A stretch of 32,000 bases of DNA from Mycobacterium leprae TN (GCF_000195855.1 NC_002677.1:1080001-1112000), one strand, 5' to 3'. Shown: positions 1-12,148, numbered from the stretch's first letter. Translations and numbers: made by a program. The notes: a model not told the origin generated them from the letters alone.

Positions 1-219
1 CTGTTCGTTGCCGAAATCACCTCGGTTGTATTGCAGATTCTGGCTTTCCGGACCACTGGTCGTCGGGTGTTTCGGATGGCGCCGTTCCACCATCATTTCG
101 AATTGGCCGGTTGGGCCGAAACCACTGTGATCATTCGTTTTTGGCTGCTCACAGCGATCGCTTGCGGTCTGGGCGTGGTCCTGTTCTATGGCGAGTGGCT
201 AGCCACCATTGGCGCTTGA
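1..219 (+). CDS. mraY: Phospho-N-acetylmuramoyl-pentapeptide-transferase, C-terminal end (truncated by window start)
   Basis: Frame 1 is open from base 1: [48 protein letters not shown]...; the [13 protein letters not shown] motif is diagnostic of MraY/MurX; located directly upstream of murD. Confidence 0.97.
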
Positions 220-1693
220 CGTGCTTGACACACTGGTACCGGGCGCGCCTGTATTAGTAGCTGGTGGCGGGGTGACCGGGCGGGCGGTACTGGCGGCGCT
301 GACCCGTTTTGGCATGGCGGCAACGCTGTGTGACGACGACCCAGCCGCCCTGCAGCAATACGCCGACAACGGGGTGGCTACCGTGAGTGCAGCTACCGCC
401 ACACAACAGATGTTCGAGCGGGGAAGAAAATACGTCCTGGTGGTCACCAGTCCAGGTTTCGCGCCGACCACCCCCGTGCTCGTCGCCGCGTCGGCGGCGC
501 GGGTGCCTATTTGGGGCGATGTGGAGTTAGCTTGGCGACTCGATGCCGCGGGCTACTACGGGCCGCCACGTCGCTGGCTTGTGGTGACGGGTACGAACGG
601 TAAAACGACGACGACGTCAATGCTGCACGCGATGTTGGCGGCAGATAACCGGCGTAGCCTGCTGTGTGGAAACATCGGCCGCCCGGTGCTGGATGTCTTA
701 ACTGAGTTCGCCGAACCCTCGGATTTTCTTGCTGTCGAGCTGTCCAGTTTTCAGCTGCACTGGGCTCCTTCGCTACGGCCGGAGGCCGGCGTGGTGCTCA
801 ACATTGCCGAAGACCACCTCGACTGGCATTCGACAATGGCCGATTACACCATGGCGAAGGCTCGGGTGCTGACCGGCCGGGTGGCGGTGGTTGGGCTGGA
901 CGACAGCCGGGCCGCGGCACTGCTGAGCACGACAGTAGCGCCGGTACGGGTCGGCTTCCGGTTCGGAGAACCAGCTGTGGGCGAGCTCGGGGTGCGTGAC
1001 GGTTATCTCGTTGATCGTGCGTTTGCTGAAGACCTGGCCTTAATGCCGGTTACGTCGATACCGGTGTCGGGCCCGGTCGGAGTTCTCGACGCGTTGGCCG
1101 CTGCGGCACTGGCCCGCAGTGTCGGTGTGGGGGCGACCGCGATCGCCGACGCGGTCGCATTGTTTCGGCTGGGCCGACACCGGGCGGAGGTGGTAGCCGT
1201 TGCTGACGGGATCCGCTACGTTGATGATTCCAAGGCCACCAACCCGCACGCAGCTCTTGTCTCGGTATTAGCCTACCCGCGTGTGGTGTGGGTGGCCGGT
1301 GGCCTACTCAAGGGTGCGTCTGTCGATGCGGAGGTTGCGCGCATGGCGCCTCAGTTGGTCGGCGCGGTGCTGATCGGCCGAGATCGCGCGATGGTTGCCG
1401 AGGCGTTATCACGACACGCGCCCAATGTCCCCGTTGTCCAGGTTGTGGCAGGCGAGGATGCTGGTATGCATGCGGTTGCCGTTGTTTCTGGTACTGATGT
1501 GATAAGCATCAGTGATGTTGGCGGGACTATCGGTACTCGCGTGATGGTTGCGGCCGTGGCGGCGGCCCGGGATTTAGCCCAACCTGGTGACACCGTACTG
1601 CTGGCACCGGCCGGCGCGTCGTTCGACCAATTTAGCGGTTATGCCGACCGCGGTGACACATTCGCAACTGCCGTGCGCGCAGCGATCCGGTAG
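209..1693 (+). CDS. murD: UDP-N-acetylmuramoylalanine--D-glutamate ligase
   Basis: 494 aa ORF overlapping the mraY end; Mur ligase ATP motif [32 protein letters not shown]..; cluster context. Confidence 0.97.
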
Positions 1694-3304
1694 GTGGGCG
1701 TGGGTAACGCGCTGGGTCGGGATAGGGGTCGGGGCACGGGAGATAACAACAGTGTGCAGGCCGCCACGACCGTGGAGGCGGTTGAGCCCGGCACTGCTAC
1801 GACCGGCGAAGTGTCCGAAGCGGAGGCCAAAAGAGCCGGCTCTCTGAGGGCCGGAGTACGCGGCCCTCAGACTCGGTTCGATGCCTGGCTGGGCCGGCCG
1901 ATGGCCTCCTTTCATCTGATAATTGCTGTGGCTGGATTGCTGACGGCATTAGGTCTGATAATGGTGTTGTCGGCCTCAGGTGTGCGGTCCTACGGCGACG
2001 ACGGATCGGCTTGGATCATTTTCGGCAAACAGGTTTTGTGGACGATCATCGGTCTCATCGGTGGTTATTCCTCATTGTGGATGTCGATACGGTTCATCCG
2101 GCGCATTGCATTCTTTAGTTATGTCATCACCATCATTTTGCTGGTGCTGGTGCTCATCCCGGGAATTGGCAATCTCGCCAACGGGTCGCGTAAATGGTTT
2201 GTGATCGCCGGCTTTTCGATGCAGCCTTCCGAGCTGGCCAAGATTGCTTTCGTCATTTGGGGTGCGCATCTGCTGGCTGCTCGCCGGATGGAACGAGCGT
2301 CGCTGCGCGAGATGCTTATTCCGTTGGTGCCGGCCGCGGTCATCGCGCTGGGACTGATCGTGGCTCAGCCTGATCTCGGGCAGACGGTGTCGCTGGGCAT
2401 CATCCTTTTGGCCCTGCTCTGGTACGCTGGGCTGCCGCTGCGCGTTTTCATCACATCGTTGCTCGCGGTCTTTATTGCGGGAGCGATCCTGGCGATGTCC
2501 GCGGGTTATCGGTCAGAACGGGTGCGGTCCTGGATGAATCCCGAGGCCGATCCTCAAGACACCGGCTACCAGGCTCGGCAAGCAAAATTCGCGCTGGCCC
2601 ACGGAGGCATTTTCGGCGACGGTCTTGGCCAGGGTGTTGCCAAGTGGAACTATCTGCCCAACGCTCACAACGATTTCATTTTCGCGATCATCGGCGAGGA
2701 ACTCGGCTTGGTTGGTGCGTTGGGACTGTTGGGACTTTTCGGGCTGTTCGCCTACACTGGAATGCGGATCGCGCGGCGGTCGGCCGATCCTTTCCTGCGG
2801 CTGCTGACCGCCACCACGACTATGTGGGTGCTGGGCCAGGCGTTTATCAACATCGGCTATGTGATCGGGGTGTTGCCGGTGACTGGTTTGCAGCTGCCTT
2901 TCATCTCTGCCGGTGGAACATCGGCGGCAGCAATACTTTTCATGATCGGCATCATGGCCAACGCGGCTCGCCACGAGCCAGAGGCGGTGGCGGCGCTGCG
3001 GGCCGGGCGTGATGACAAGGTGAACCAGCTGCTACGGCTGCCGCTGCCGGTGCCGTATCTGCCACCCCGGGTGGAGACGTTCCGCGACCGCAAACAGGTT
3101 CGCCCGCAACCCGGCAAGGCGTCGGTTGGCCGCAAGCCCGCCCGCAAAGCCCCCCGGGAGCCTGACCGGCCGCTGCGGCCGGCATTCCCCCGAGTGGCTG
3201 ATCGACTGGAGCACCGATCAGGGCAGTATAGAGCTGGTCAGCTGCGTGCCGGTCAACGTTATACACCGCGCGTTCGTGTATTCGAAGGTCAGCGTTACGG
3301 GTGA
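1694..3304 (+). CDS. ftsW: Cell division lipid II polymerase FtsW (SEDS family)
   Basis: 536 aa ORF starting directly after the murD stop; multiple TM segments; SEDS motifs [52 protein letters not shown]. Confidence 0.96.
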
Positions 3305-4524
3305 ACAACTCGGTTAGGGAGCCGACCCGCGGGCGAAGGGGCAGCCCGCCGGTCGCCGATGCCGCATTATCGGTTAATCCCCCCTTGTCGGTTGTGCTGG
3401 CGGGCGGCGGTACCGCCGGCCATGTGGAGCCCGCAATGGCCGTTGCCGATGCACTCAGAGCGCTGGATCCACAGGTCCGGATCACCGCGTTGGGCACTTC
3501 GCGTGGGCTGGAGACCAGGCTAGTACCCGAGCGTGGCTACCACCTCGAGTTGATCACACCGGTGCCATTGCCGCGTAAGCTTACCGGCGACCTGGCCCGG
3601 CTCCCATTACGAGTGTGGCGTGCCGTCCGAGAGACCCGCGCGGTGTTCGAAGTCGTCGAGGCCCATGTGGTGGTGGGTTTCGGTGGGTACGTGGCACTGC
3701 CAGCGTACCTCGCCGCACGTGGTATCCCCAGGGTGCGGCGTCGTATCCCGGTGGTGGTTCACGAGGCCAACGCCCGGGCCGGCATCGCCAATCGTGTCGG
3801 TGTGCGTACTGCCGAACGGGTGCTTTCGGCAGTACCCGGTTCCGGATTACGTGGTGCCGAGGTGGTGGGAGTGCCGATCCACGCGACCATTACTACGCTG
3901 AACCGCCCGGCATTGCGAGCTGACGCCCGCAAGCATTTTGGCTTCACCGACGACGCGCGGGTGTTGTTGGTTTTCGGTGGTTCTCAGGGTGCAGTTTCGC
4001 TGAATCGGGCGGTTGCCGGTGCTGCCGAGGACCTGGCCGCCTCGGGAGTGGCCGTGCTGCATGCCTACGGACTCAAGAACACCCTCGAGCTGCGCACACC
4101 CGAGTACGGTGAGCCGCCGTACGTCGCGGTGCCCTACCTTGACCGAATGGACTTAGCGTACGCCGCCGCTGACCTGGTGATTTGTCGGTCCGGAGCAATG
4201 ACGGTCGCCGAAGTGTCGGCCGTCGGCTTGCCAGCCATCTATGTACCGTTCCCAATTGGCAACGGTGAGCAACGGCTCAATGCACTGCCGGTGGTTAACG
4301 CCGGCGGCGGCCTGGTGGTCGCCGACGCTGACTTGACGCCCGGTCTGGTGGCGCGGCAAGTTGTCAGGTTGTTCAGCGATCCGGCGCAGCTGGCGGCAAT
4401 GACGGCGGCCGCCGCGCGAGTGGGACATCGCGATGCGGCACATCATGTCGCCAAGGTGGCACTGGATCTGGCACGTGCAGAGCGTGACACGGCGTCAGGA
4501 CGGTCGGCCGGAGGGAAACCGTGA
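3301..4524 (+). CDS. murG: UDP-GlcNAc--undecaprenyl-pyrophosphoryl-MurNAc-pentapeptide GlcNAc transferase
   Basis: 407 aa; [59 protein letters not shown]; 4-nt overlap with ftsW. Confidence 0.97.
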
Positions 4525-6008
4525 ACGCCGGCCAGTTGCCGCCCGAGTTGCAGCGGGTGCACATGGTGGGCATTGGGGGATCCGGGATGTCGGGTATTGC
4601 GCGCATCCTGTTAGACCGGGGCGGTCTGGTGTCTGGCTCAGATGCCAAGGAGTCGCGTGTTGTGCACGCACTGCGGGCGCGCGGCGCGCTGATCCGCATC
4701 GGACATGATGCGTCATTGCTGGACTTGCTGCCTGGCGGCGCTACCGCAGTCATTACCATCCGCACTGCCATCCCCAAGACTAACCCCGAGCTGGTCGAAG
4801 CCCGGAGGCGCGGCATTCCGGTTCTATTGCGATCGGCCGTGTTGGCCAGGCTGATGGATGGGTGTACCACGCTGATGGTTGCTGGCACACACGGCAAGAC
4901 TACGACGACGTCGATGCTCGTTGTGGCCCTGCAGCACTGTGGATGTGACCCATCCTTCGTGGTTGGCGGTGAGCTTGCCGTGGTGGGCACCAACGCCCAC
5001 CACGGCCTCGGCGCCTGCTTCGTTGCCGAGGCCGACGAAAGCGATGGCTCGTTACTGGAATACACGCCCAACGTAGCGGTGGTCACCAACATCGACTCCG
5101 ATCACTTGGATTTCTACGGTAGTGTCGATGCTTATATCAGGGTGTTCGACTCCTTCGTGGAGCGATTCGCACTGGGGGGAGCGCTCGTGGTGTGCAACGA
5201 CGATCCTGGGGCGGCCGCGCTGGCCCGGCGCACCGCCGAGCTTGGGATCCGGGTGTTGCGCTACGGCTCCGACGACCGGATAGGTGAGACCTTGGCCGCC
5301 AGGTTGTTGTCGTGGGAGCAACAGGGCACCGGAGCGGTCGCGCACATCCAGTTGGCTGGTCAACCAAACTCACGGGTGATGCGGCTACCGGTACCTGGGC
5401 GACACATGGCGCTCAATGCGCTAGGTGCGTTGCTGGCGGCGATCGAGATTGGTGCGTCGACCGATGAAGTGCTCGACGGGCTGGCTGGTTTCAGGGGTGT
5501 GCGTCGCCGCTTCGAACTGGTTGGGACTTCAGGAGTCGGCCAGGCCTCAAACTCGCTGGTGCGGGTGTTCGACGACTACGCACACCATCCAACGGAGATC
5601 AGCGCGACGCTAGCGGCGTTCCGTATAATGCTTGAGCAGAGCGGCGGCGGACGCTGCATCGTGGTGTTTCAGCCCCACCTATATTCGCGGACAAAGGCTT
5701 TGTCCAGAGAATTTGGTCGTGCCCTGAGTGCTGCCGATGAGGTGTTCATCGTTGGTGTCAACGGTGCCCGCGAACAACCGCTTGCTGGCGTCAGCGGAGC
5801 TAGTGTTGCTAAACATGTCAGCGTGCCGGTGCGCTATATACCAGACTATTCGGCGGTCGTCATAGAGGTTGCTGCTGCGGCTGGCCCCGGCGACGTCATC
5901 GTTACGATGGGTATCGGCGACGTGGGCCTGCTGGGGCCGGAGATCGTTGCCGCGCTGCGGGTCCGGGCCAACTGCAACACTCCCGGCTGTTCGGGAGTGT
6001 TGCAGTGA
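4521..6008 (+). CDS. murC: UDP-N-acetylmuramate--L-alanine ligase
   Basis: 495 aa; [54 protein letters not shown]; 4-nt overlap with murG. Confidence 0.97.
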
Positions 6009-7030
6009 CAGAGACGGACGAGGGTGCACCAGTCAACCATTCGGCGACGATGTGGGCTGTAGTGGGGGTGCCGCCCGTTTGCGGGGGACAACCGGGCGAT
6101 TCGGGTGTGGTGGCGGGGACCTCCAGAGCCTTGGTCGATGCTGCGATCATTGCACCGGTCACGACCCTAACGCGAGACGAGCCAGCGCAGTATGACCGCT
6201 ACGAGTTCGAGGGGCCTCGCCGACGGGCCCGCCGTGAGCGGGCTGAGCGCCGTGCCGCGCAGGCGTGTGCCATCGCGATCGAAGAAGCCCGCCGTGAGGC
6301 CAAACACCGTATTCATAGGCAGATGAGCAGCGAGGCCAACTCTCCCAAACCGGTTGCGCGCGGGGTTGTTCGGGGCCTGAAGACGCTGTTCGCTACGGTG
6401 ATGTTTAGTATCGCCGGTTTTGGGCTTGGGTTGGCCCTCTATGTAACGCCGGCGATGTCAGTGCGCAACATCGTGGTCACCGGGATTGAGACGGTGACCC
6501 GCGAGGAGGTCCTCGACGCGGCCGGGGTGCAGCTTGGGACACCGCTCCTGCAGATCAACACCAACCAGGTAGCTGATCAGGTAGCAGCGATCCGGCGAGT
6601 GGCTAGCGCGCGGGCACAGCGTCAGTACCCTTCAGCGCTGCGGATTACCATTGTTGAGCGGGTGCCGGTGGTGGTGAAGGACTTTCCCGATGGCCCGCAC
6701 CTTTTTGACTGCGATGGCGTCGACTTTGCGACCGCTCCGCCACCACCGGCGTTGCCTTATATCGATGTCGGTCATCCCGGACCGATCGATCCGGCGACCA
6801 AGGCTGCGCTGGTGGTACTGCTCGCGTTGCGTCCTGAGGTTGTAAGTCAGGTGGCCCGGATCGCAGCTCCGTCGGTGTCGTCGATCACCCTTATCCTGAC
6901 GGACGGGCGGGCGGTGATCTGGGGGAGTACCGACCGCGCCGAGGAGAAAGCCGAGAAGCTGGCTGCGCTATTGACGCAGCCCGGACGGACATACGACGTG
7001 TCTAGCCCTGATTTGCCGACCGTGAAATAG
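6005..7030 (+). CDS. ftsQ: Cell division protein FtsQ (POTRA domain)
   Basis: 341 aa; Arg/Ala-rich cytoplasmic N-terminus, single TM, POTRA-like [51 protein letters not shown]; 4-nt overlap with murC. Confidence 0.94.
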
Positions 7031-7292
7031 AGCGACCGGGTATGTACCCGTCAAACGTGGCGTTGGCATCATGATAGACCGCAGAAAAAAACCGTGGCGC
7101 ATCGGCGCGCCTGCTCGGTTAACACCCGTCGTAGCCATACGGTGCTGCTTACACGGAGCTACTTGACATAACTCTAAGTCTATGGTTGAGGTTGATGGTT
7201 TGCCAAGTAGACACACCGCCGGGAGGAACCCACACCCACCAGGGAGCCCAAACTAGCCAGGGCAAGTTTAGTCCCACCACGGAGGAAGACGA
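7031..7292 (+). promoter_or_regulatory. ftsQ-ftsZ intergenic leader, probable ftsZ promoter/5'UTR region
   Basis: 262 bp gap interrupting an otherwise overlapping cluster; GGAGGAAG ribosome-binding site just upstream of ATGATG. Individual promoter elements are not assigned. Confidence 0.6.
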
Positions 7293-8435
7293 ATGATGAC
7301 CCCCCCGCATAATTACCTTGCTGTTATCAAGGTTGTGGGCATCGGTGGCGGTGGTGTCAACGCCGTCAACCGGATGATTGAGCAGGGCCTCAAGGGTGTG
7401 GAGTTCATGGCGATTAACACCGATGCGCAGGCGTTGTTGATGAGCGATGCCGACGTCAAGCTCGATGTCGGGCGGGACTCCACTCGGGGGTTGGGTGCCG
7501 GTGCGGACCCGGAGGTCGGGCGCAAGGCCGCCGAAGACGCCAAGGATGAGATCGAAGAACTGCTGCGCGGGGCGGACATGGTGTTCGTCACGGCGGGTGA
7601 AGGCGGGGGAACCGGCACCGGAGGGGCACCCGTCATCGCGAGCATCGCTCGCAAACTGGGCGCGTTGACTGTCGGTGTGGTCACCCGGCCGTTCTCGTTC
7701 GAGGGCAAGCGGCGCAGTAATCAGGCCGAGAACGGTATCGCGGCGTTGCGGGAGAGCTGCGATACCCTTATCGTAATCCCCAATGACCGATTGCTACAGA
7801 TGGGCGATACTGCAGTATCCTTGATGGATGCTTTCCGCAGCGCTGATGAGGTGCTGTTGAACGGCGTGCAAGGCATCACCGATCTGATCACCACGCCGGG
7901 GCTGATCAACGTAGATTTCGCCGACGTCAAGGGCATCATGTCGGGTGCGGGCACCGCGTTGATGGGCATCGGTTCAGCGCGCGGGGATGGTCGGTCGCTC
8001 AAGGCCGCCGAAATCGCTATCAACTCCCCCCTGCTGGAAGCGTCGATGGAAGGCGCGCAGGGGGTGCTGATGTCGATCGCCGGCGGCAGCGACCTAGGCT
8101 TGTTCGAGATCAACGAGGCGGCGTCGTTAGTGCAGGACGCCGCTCATCCGGACGCCAACATCATTTTCGGTACCGTCATCGACGATTCGCTGGGTGACGA
8201 GGTACGGGTCACTGTGATCGCGGCGGGCTTTGAAGCCAACGGACCGGGCCGCACGCCCGTGATGGGCAGTACTGGAGGCGCGCACCGGATCGAGTCGGCG
8301 AAGGCCGGCGCGCTCACTTCGACTTTGTTCGAGCCTGTCGACGCTGCTAGTGCGCCGCTACACACCAACGGTGCGGCTCTGAGTATCGGTGGCGATGATG
8401 ACGATGTAGACGTGCCGCCGTTCATGCGTCGCTGA
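7293..8435 (+). CDS. ftsZ: Cell division GTPase FtsZ (start may be the second ATG at 7296)
   Basis: 380 aa; [17 protein letters not shown], tubulin signature [17 protein letters not shown]-terminal [13 protein letters not shown]. Confidence 0.98.
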   Translation: MMTPPHNYLAVIKVVGIGGGGVNAVNRMIEQGLKGVEFMAINTDAQALLMSDADVKLDVGRDSTRGLGAGADPEVGRKAAEDAKDEIEELLRGADMVFVTAGEGGGTGTGGAPVIASIARKLGALTVGVVTRPFSFEGKRRSNQAENGIAALRESCDTLIVIPNDRLLQMGDTAVSLMDAFRSADEVLLNGVQGITDLITTPGLINVDFADVKGIMSGAGTALMGIGSARGDGRSLKAAEIAINSPLLEASMEGAQGVLMSIAGGSDLGLFEINEAASLVQDAAHPDANIIFGTVIDDSLGDEVRVTVIAAGFEANGPGRTPVMGSTGGAHRIESAKAGALTSTLFEPVDAASAPLHTNGAALSIGGDDDDVDVPPFMRR

Positions 8436-8457
8436 CGCCGGGGCCGGGACCTTTGAA

Positions 8458-9207
8458 GTGGGAGGATTTGCCGATACTGGACAGGTGAGCGTTCGCATCC
8501 GTTGGGTGATCACAATGCGGGCGGGTGGTGTTTTGGTATCCCCGTTCGATTTCTTGGACCTTGGCGACCATGTCGGTGACGACCCCGACTGCGGTGGTCA
8601 CTTATCCCGTGCTTGGCTGGTTGCCGCCATTGGACTGGGTGTCGACCGGGTGGTGTGGATGAGTCAGGTTCATGGTGATCGAGTCAAGGTGGTTCATGAG
8701 CCGTGTGACGCCGTGGTCGATAATACCGACGCCTTGGTGACCAGAACATCTCAGCCGGCGTTGCCGGTCGTCACGATCCACTGTGTGCCAGTGTTGCTGT
8801 CCGATGCACGTCCCGGAGTGACTGCGGCGGTCCACGTCGGGGAGGGTCGGGGTTCAGCGAGGTGTGCTAGCCCGTGCGATGGATATGATGCTGGGCCTGG
8901 GTGCGTACGTTGGAGACGAGACATTGCAGTGCTGCTCGGTCCGGCTGTTAGTGGCCGCAACTATGAGGTGCCCGTAGTGATAGCCGACGGAGTCGAAGCG
9001 GCATCGCCAGACAGCTGCACCACCACCAGGATCTCAGCCGGAACTCCCGGCCTTGATCTACGGACCGGAATCGCTTGCCAGTTCCGCGATTTGGGTGTCA
9101 TGTCGATCGAAGACGATCCGCGCCGCACGGTGGCTGATCGGGCGCTGTTCAGTCATCTCCAGACCGTGTCAACAGGGCGACTGGCTTCGCTGGTCTGGAT
9201 GGAGTGA
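8458..9207 (+). CDS. pgeF: Peptidoglycan editing factor PgeF / YfiH (DUF152, CNF1-like laccase-domain family); probable start near GTG 8485; central segment appears frameshifted
   Basis: Ends of the protein match the family: MSQVHGDRV, HCVPVLLSD, LLGPAVSGRNYEVP, GTPGLDLRTGIACQF, TGRLASLVWME. Located between ftsZ and yggS as in related genomes. See finding on residues encoded by ~8840-8930. Confidence 0.8.
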   Translation: MGGFADTGQVSVRIRWVITMRAGGVLVSPFDFLDLGDHVGDDPDCGGHLSRAWLVAAIGLGVDRVVWMSQVHGDRVKVVHEPCDAVVDNTDALVTRTSQPALPVVTIHCVPVLLSDARPGVTAAVHVGEGRGSARCASPCDGYDAGPGCVRWRRDIAVLLGPAVSGRNYEVPVVIADGVEAASPDSCTTTRISAGTPGLDLRTGIACQFRDLGVMSIEDDPRRTVADRALFSHLQTVSTGRLASLVWME

Positions 9208-9986
9208 CCGCCATGGCGGCGGATATTGACCTGCAGGGCGACCGCGAATCCGAATTAATGCATGCGCTAGCGACGGTGCGTTCCCGGCTTGCGGCAGCTT
9301 CGCAAGCCGCGGGGCGCAATGTCGGCGAAATCGAACTTCTACCTATTAGTAAATTCTTTCCAGCAACTGATGTTGCGATTTTGTCTCGATTGGGTTGTCG
9401 GTCTGTTGGTGAATCGCGGGCACAGGAAGCTTCAACGAAAGCTGCTGAATTCGCTGAACTGTTAGGGGTTTCTCGGGAAGAGAAATCGAGTATTCACTGG
9501 CACATGGTGGGTCAAATTCAACGCAACAAGGTGCGGTCGCTGGCGCAGTGGGCGCACACTGCTCATTCGATCGACAGCTTGCAATTGGTCGCTGCGCTCG
9601 ATCGGGCGGTAGCAGCGGCGTTGGCCGGCGGTCGTCGCGAGCAGCCGTTGCAGGTCTATGTCCAGATAAGTCTCGACGGAGACATATCGCGCGGTGGTGT
9701 CAACGTCACTGCGCCCGGCGCAGTTGACCGGGTCTGCGCACAGGTCGAGGAGTCGAAAAGCCTGGAGTTGGTCGGGTTGATGGGCATCCCGCCGTTGGGG
9801 TGGAATCCCGACCAGGCTTTTGAGCAGTTGCGATTGGAACATCGCCGGGTGCTGCGGTCACATCCGGATGCGATCGGGCTGTCCGCTGGCATGTCTAACG
9901 ATTTTGAGATAGCGGTCAAACATGGTTCGACGTGTGTGCGTGTCGGTACCGCGCTATTGGGTCCAAGCCGGTTACGGTCGCCGTAA
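9204..9986 (+). CDS. yggS: YggS-family PLP-binding protein (PLP homeostasis)
   Basis: 260 aa; LLPISKFFPATDV, GESRAQEASTKA, WHMVGQIQRNKV, LMGIPP, LSAGMSNDFEIAVKHGSTCVRVGTALLG. Confidence 0.94.
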   Translation: MTAMAADIDLQGDRESELMHALATVRSRLAAASQAAGRNVGEIELLPISKFFPATDVAILSRLGCRSVGESRAQEASTKAAEFAELLGVSREEKSSIHWHMVGQIQRNKVRSLAQWAHTAHSIDSLQLVAALDRAVAAALAGGRREQPLQVYVQISLDGDISRGGVNVTAPGAVDRVCAQVEESKSLELVGLMGIPPLGWNPDQAFEQLRLEHRRVLRSHPDAIGLSAGMSNDFEIAVKHGSTCVRVGTALLGPSRLRSP

Positions 9987-10053
9987 GTAGTCACTGTAGT
10001 CACATCTTCATCACAGACACCAGAGCTTTCAGGCCTAGATAGGGGGTCACGCA

Positions 10054-10686
10054 ATGAGCACACTGCACAAGGTCAAGGCCTATTTCGGAATGGCTCCGAT
10101 GGAAGACTACGACGACGAGTACTACGACGATCGTTCTCCCACTCACGGTTACGGGCGTTCTCGGTTTGAGGAAGGGTACGGCCGTTATGAAGGGCGCGAC
10201 TACAGCGACCTGCGTGGAGACCCGACCGGCTATCTGCCGCTCGGGTACCGTGGCGGCTATGGGGATGAGCACCGCTTCCGCCCTCGTGAATTTGACCGGC
10301 CTGACCTGAGCCGCCCGCGCTTGGGATCGTGGTTGCGAAATTCCACCCGCGGAGCTTTGGCTATGGATCCGCGCCGGATGGCTATGCTGTTTGACGAAGG
10401 TAGCCCGCTGTCGAAGATTACCACGCTGCGGCCTAAGGACTACAGTGAGGCGCGCACTATCGGCGAGCGGTTTCGAGATGGCACCCCGGTTATCATCGAT
10501 TTGGTGTCGATGGACAATGCTGACGCTAAACGCCTGGTCGATTTCGCCGCGGGCTTGGCCTTTGCGTTGCGTGGATCCTTCGACAAGGTCGCAACCAAGG
10601 TGTTCCTGCTGTCGCCAGCCGACGTCGACGTATCCCCTGAGGAGCGTCGCCGGATCGCCGAAACCGGCTTTTACGCCTACCAATAG
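10054..10686 (+). CDS. sepF: Cell division protein SepF
   Basis: 210 aa; [78 protein letters not shown]. Confidence 0.96.
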   Translation: MSTLHKVKAYFGMAPMEDYDDEYYDDRSPTHGYGRSRFEEGYGRYEGRDYSDLRGDPTGYLPLGYRGGYGDEHRFRPREFDRPDLSRPRLGSWLRNSTRGALAMDPRRMAMLFDEGSPLSKITTLRPKDYSEARTIGERFRDGTPVIIDLVSMDNADAKRLVDFAAGLAFALRGSFDKVATKVFLLSPADVDVSPEERRRIAETGFYAYQ

Positions 10687-10810
10687 ATCGGTTTATAATC
10701 AGATCCACCGCAACATATGGGTCCGTCTCCGACCTCCGAGTCGGTATTCTGGCGGTAACCGTACGTGTAGGCGGTGGTTGGTATCTTCATTGGTAAGGTC
10801 GGGCTTTAGT

Positions 10811-11101
10811 TTGGCGTTGTTTTATCAGATCCTTGGATTGGCGCTGTTCGTCTTTTGGCTGCTGCTGATCGCCCGGGTTGTCGTCGAGTTCATACGTTCA
10901 TTTAGCCGTGACTGGCGCCCCAACGGTGTCACTGTTGTGATCTTGGAGACTATCATGTCGATCACCGATCCGCCGGTGAAGCTGTTGCGGCGGTTGATTC
11001 CGCAACTCACCATTGGCGCGGTCCGCTTCGACTTGTCCATCATGGTGCTGTTGCTGGTTGCGTTCATAGGCATGCAATTGGCTTTAAGCGCTGCGGCTTA
11101 A
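10811..11101 (+). CDS. YggT family small membrane protein; probable TTG start at 10811
   Basis: Frame 2 reads LALFYQILGLALFVFWLLLIARVVVEFIRSFSRDWRPNGVTVVILETIMSITDPPVKLLRRLIPQLTIGAVRFDLSIMVLLLVAFIGMQLALSAAA; the upstream part of the supplied 10391..11101 ORF overlaps sepF and has no family similarity. Confidence 0.85.
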   Translation: MALFYQILGLALFVFWLLLIARVVVEFIRSFSRDWRPNGVTVVILETIMSITDPPVKLLRRLIPQLTIGAVRFDLSIMVLLLVAFIGMQLALSAAA

Positions 11102-11347
11102 GCCATGCCCCGACGCCCCGGGAGGAGGCGACGGTTCGGCCACGTTTTGGCGACGGTTTGCTCCGTGTGATTTCAAATCTAAGGGTTGGGATTTAATTGG
11201 CCTTACAGTTTGAAATTCTTTACTTAATTTATTAGATAACGGCAACAGCCGGGTCTGGTGTGACAGGATGGACGGTAGTTGCGCGATGGCTACCACGCCG
11301 TTCTACACTTTCCAAATAATTTGACAAGGGACTTGAGGGGACGAACA

Positions 11348-12148
11348 ATGCCGCTTACACCAGCCGACGTCCACAACGTGGCGTTCAGTAAGCCGCCCAT
11401 CGGCAAGCGTGGTTATAACGAAGATGAGGTCGACGCTTTCCTCGACCTGGTTGAGAACGAGCTGACTCAGCTCATTGAAGAGAATTCCGACCTACGCCAG
11501 CGGATCGAGGAGCTGGATCATGAACTAGCTGCGGGTGGCGGTACTGGTGCTGGCCCCGTTATCGCCGTGCAGCCCACTCAGGCGCTCTCCACTTTCGAAC
11601 CCGAACTAGTGTCTGCCAAGCAGGCGCCAGTGGCAGCTGTTGCCGAGACGGCCGAAGAATTGGCGATGAAGGCTACTAGGGTGTTGAGCCTGGCGCAGGA
11701 TACCGCTGACCAGCTCACCAGTACGGCTAAGGTCGAATCGGACAAGATGTTGGCCGATGCGCGTGTCAATGCCGACCAAATTCTCGGCGAGGCTCGCCTC
11801 ACGGCGGAGGCTACCGTCGCCGAAGCCCAGCAACGCGCCGACGCGATGTTGGCCGACGCCCAAACTCGCTCTGAGGTCCAGTCACGTCAAGCCCAGGAGA
11901 AGGCCGACGCCCTGCAGGCCGAAGCCGAGCGTAAGCATTCTGAGATTATGGGAGCCATCAGCCAGCAGCGCACGGTGTTGGAAGGCCGACTCGAGCAGCT
12001 ACGTACCTTCGAACGCGAGTATCGGACCCGGCTCAAGACCTATCTGGAATCTCAGCTTGAGGAACTCGGTCAGCGTGGGTCGGCTGCACCGGTTGATTCC
12101 AATGCGGATGCTGGTGGATTCGACCAGTTCAATCGGGGTAATAACTAG
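11348..12148 (+). CDS. wag31: Wag31/DivIVA (antigen 84) polar growth protein
   Basis: [53 protein letters not shown]; coiled-coil; start at 11348 rather than the upstream in-frame 11279. Confidence 0.96.
   Translation: MPLTPADVHNVAFSKPPIGKRGYNEDEVDAFLDLVENELTQLIEENSDLRQRIEELDHELAAGGGTGAGPVIAVQPTQALSTFEPELVSAKQAPVAAVAETAEELAMKATRVLSLAQDTADQLTSTAKVESDKMLADARVNADQILGEARLTAEATVAEAQQRADAMLADAQTRSEVQSRQAQEKADALQAEAERKHSEIMGAISQQRTVLEGRLEQLRTFEREYRTRLKTYLESQLEELGQRGSAAPVDSNADAGGFDQFNRGNN

Noticed and set aside
4373-5092. 239-aa minus-strand ORF opposite murG/murC, and other long antisense ORFs (7313-7708, 10000-10683, 15393-15842)
   Set aside because: Shadow ORFs from GC-biased codon third positions of intact genes; no motifs on the minus strand.
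10391-10790. Upstream part of the 236-aa ORF preceding the YggT-like protein
   Set aside because: Overlaps sepF in a different frame, no similarity; only the C-terminal ~96 aa are the real protein.
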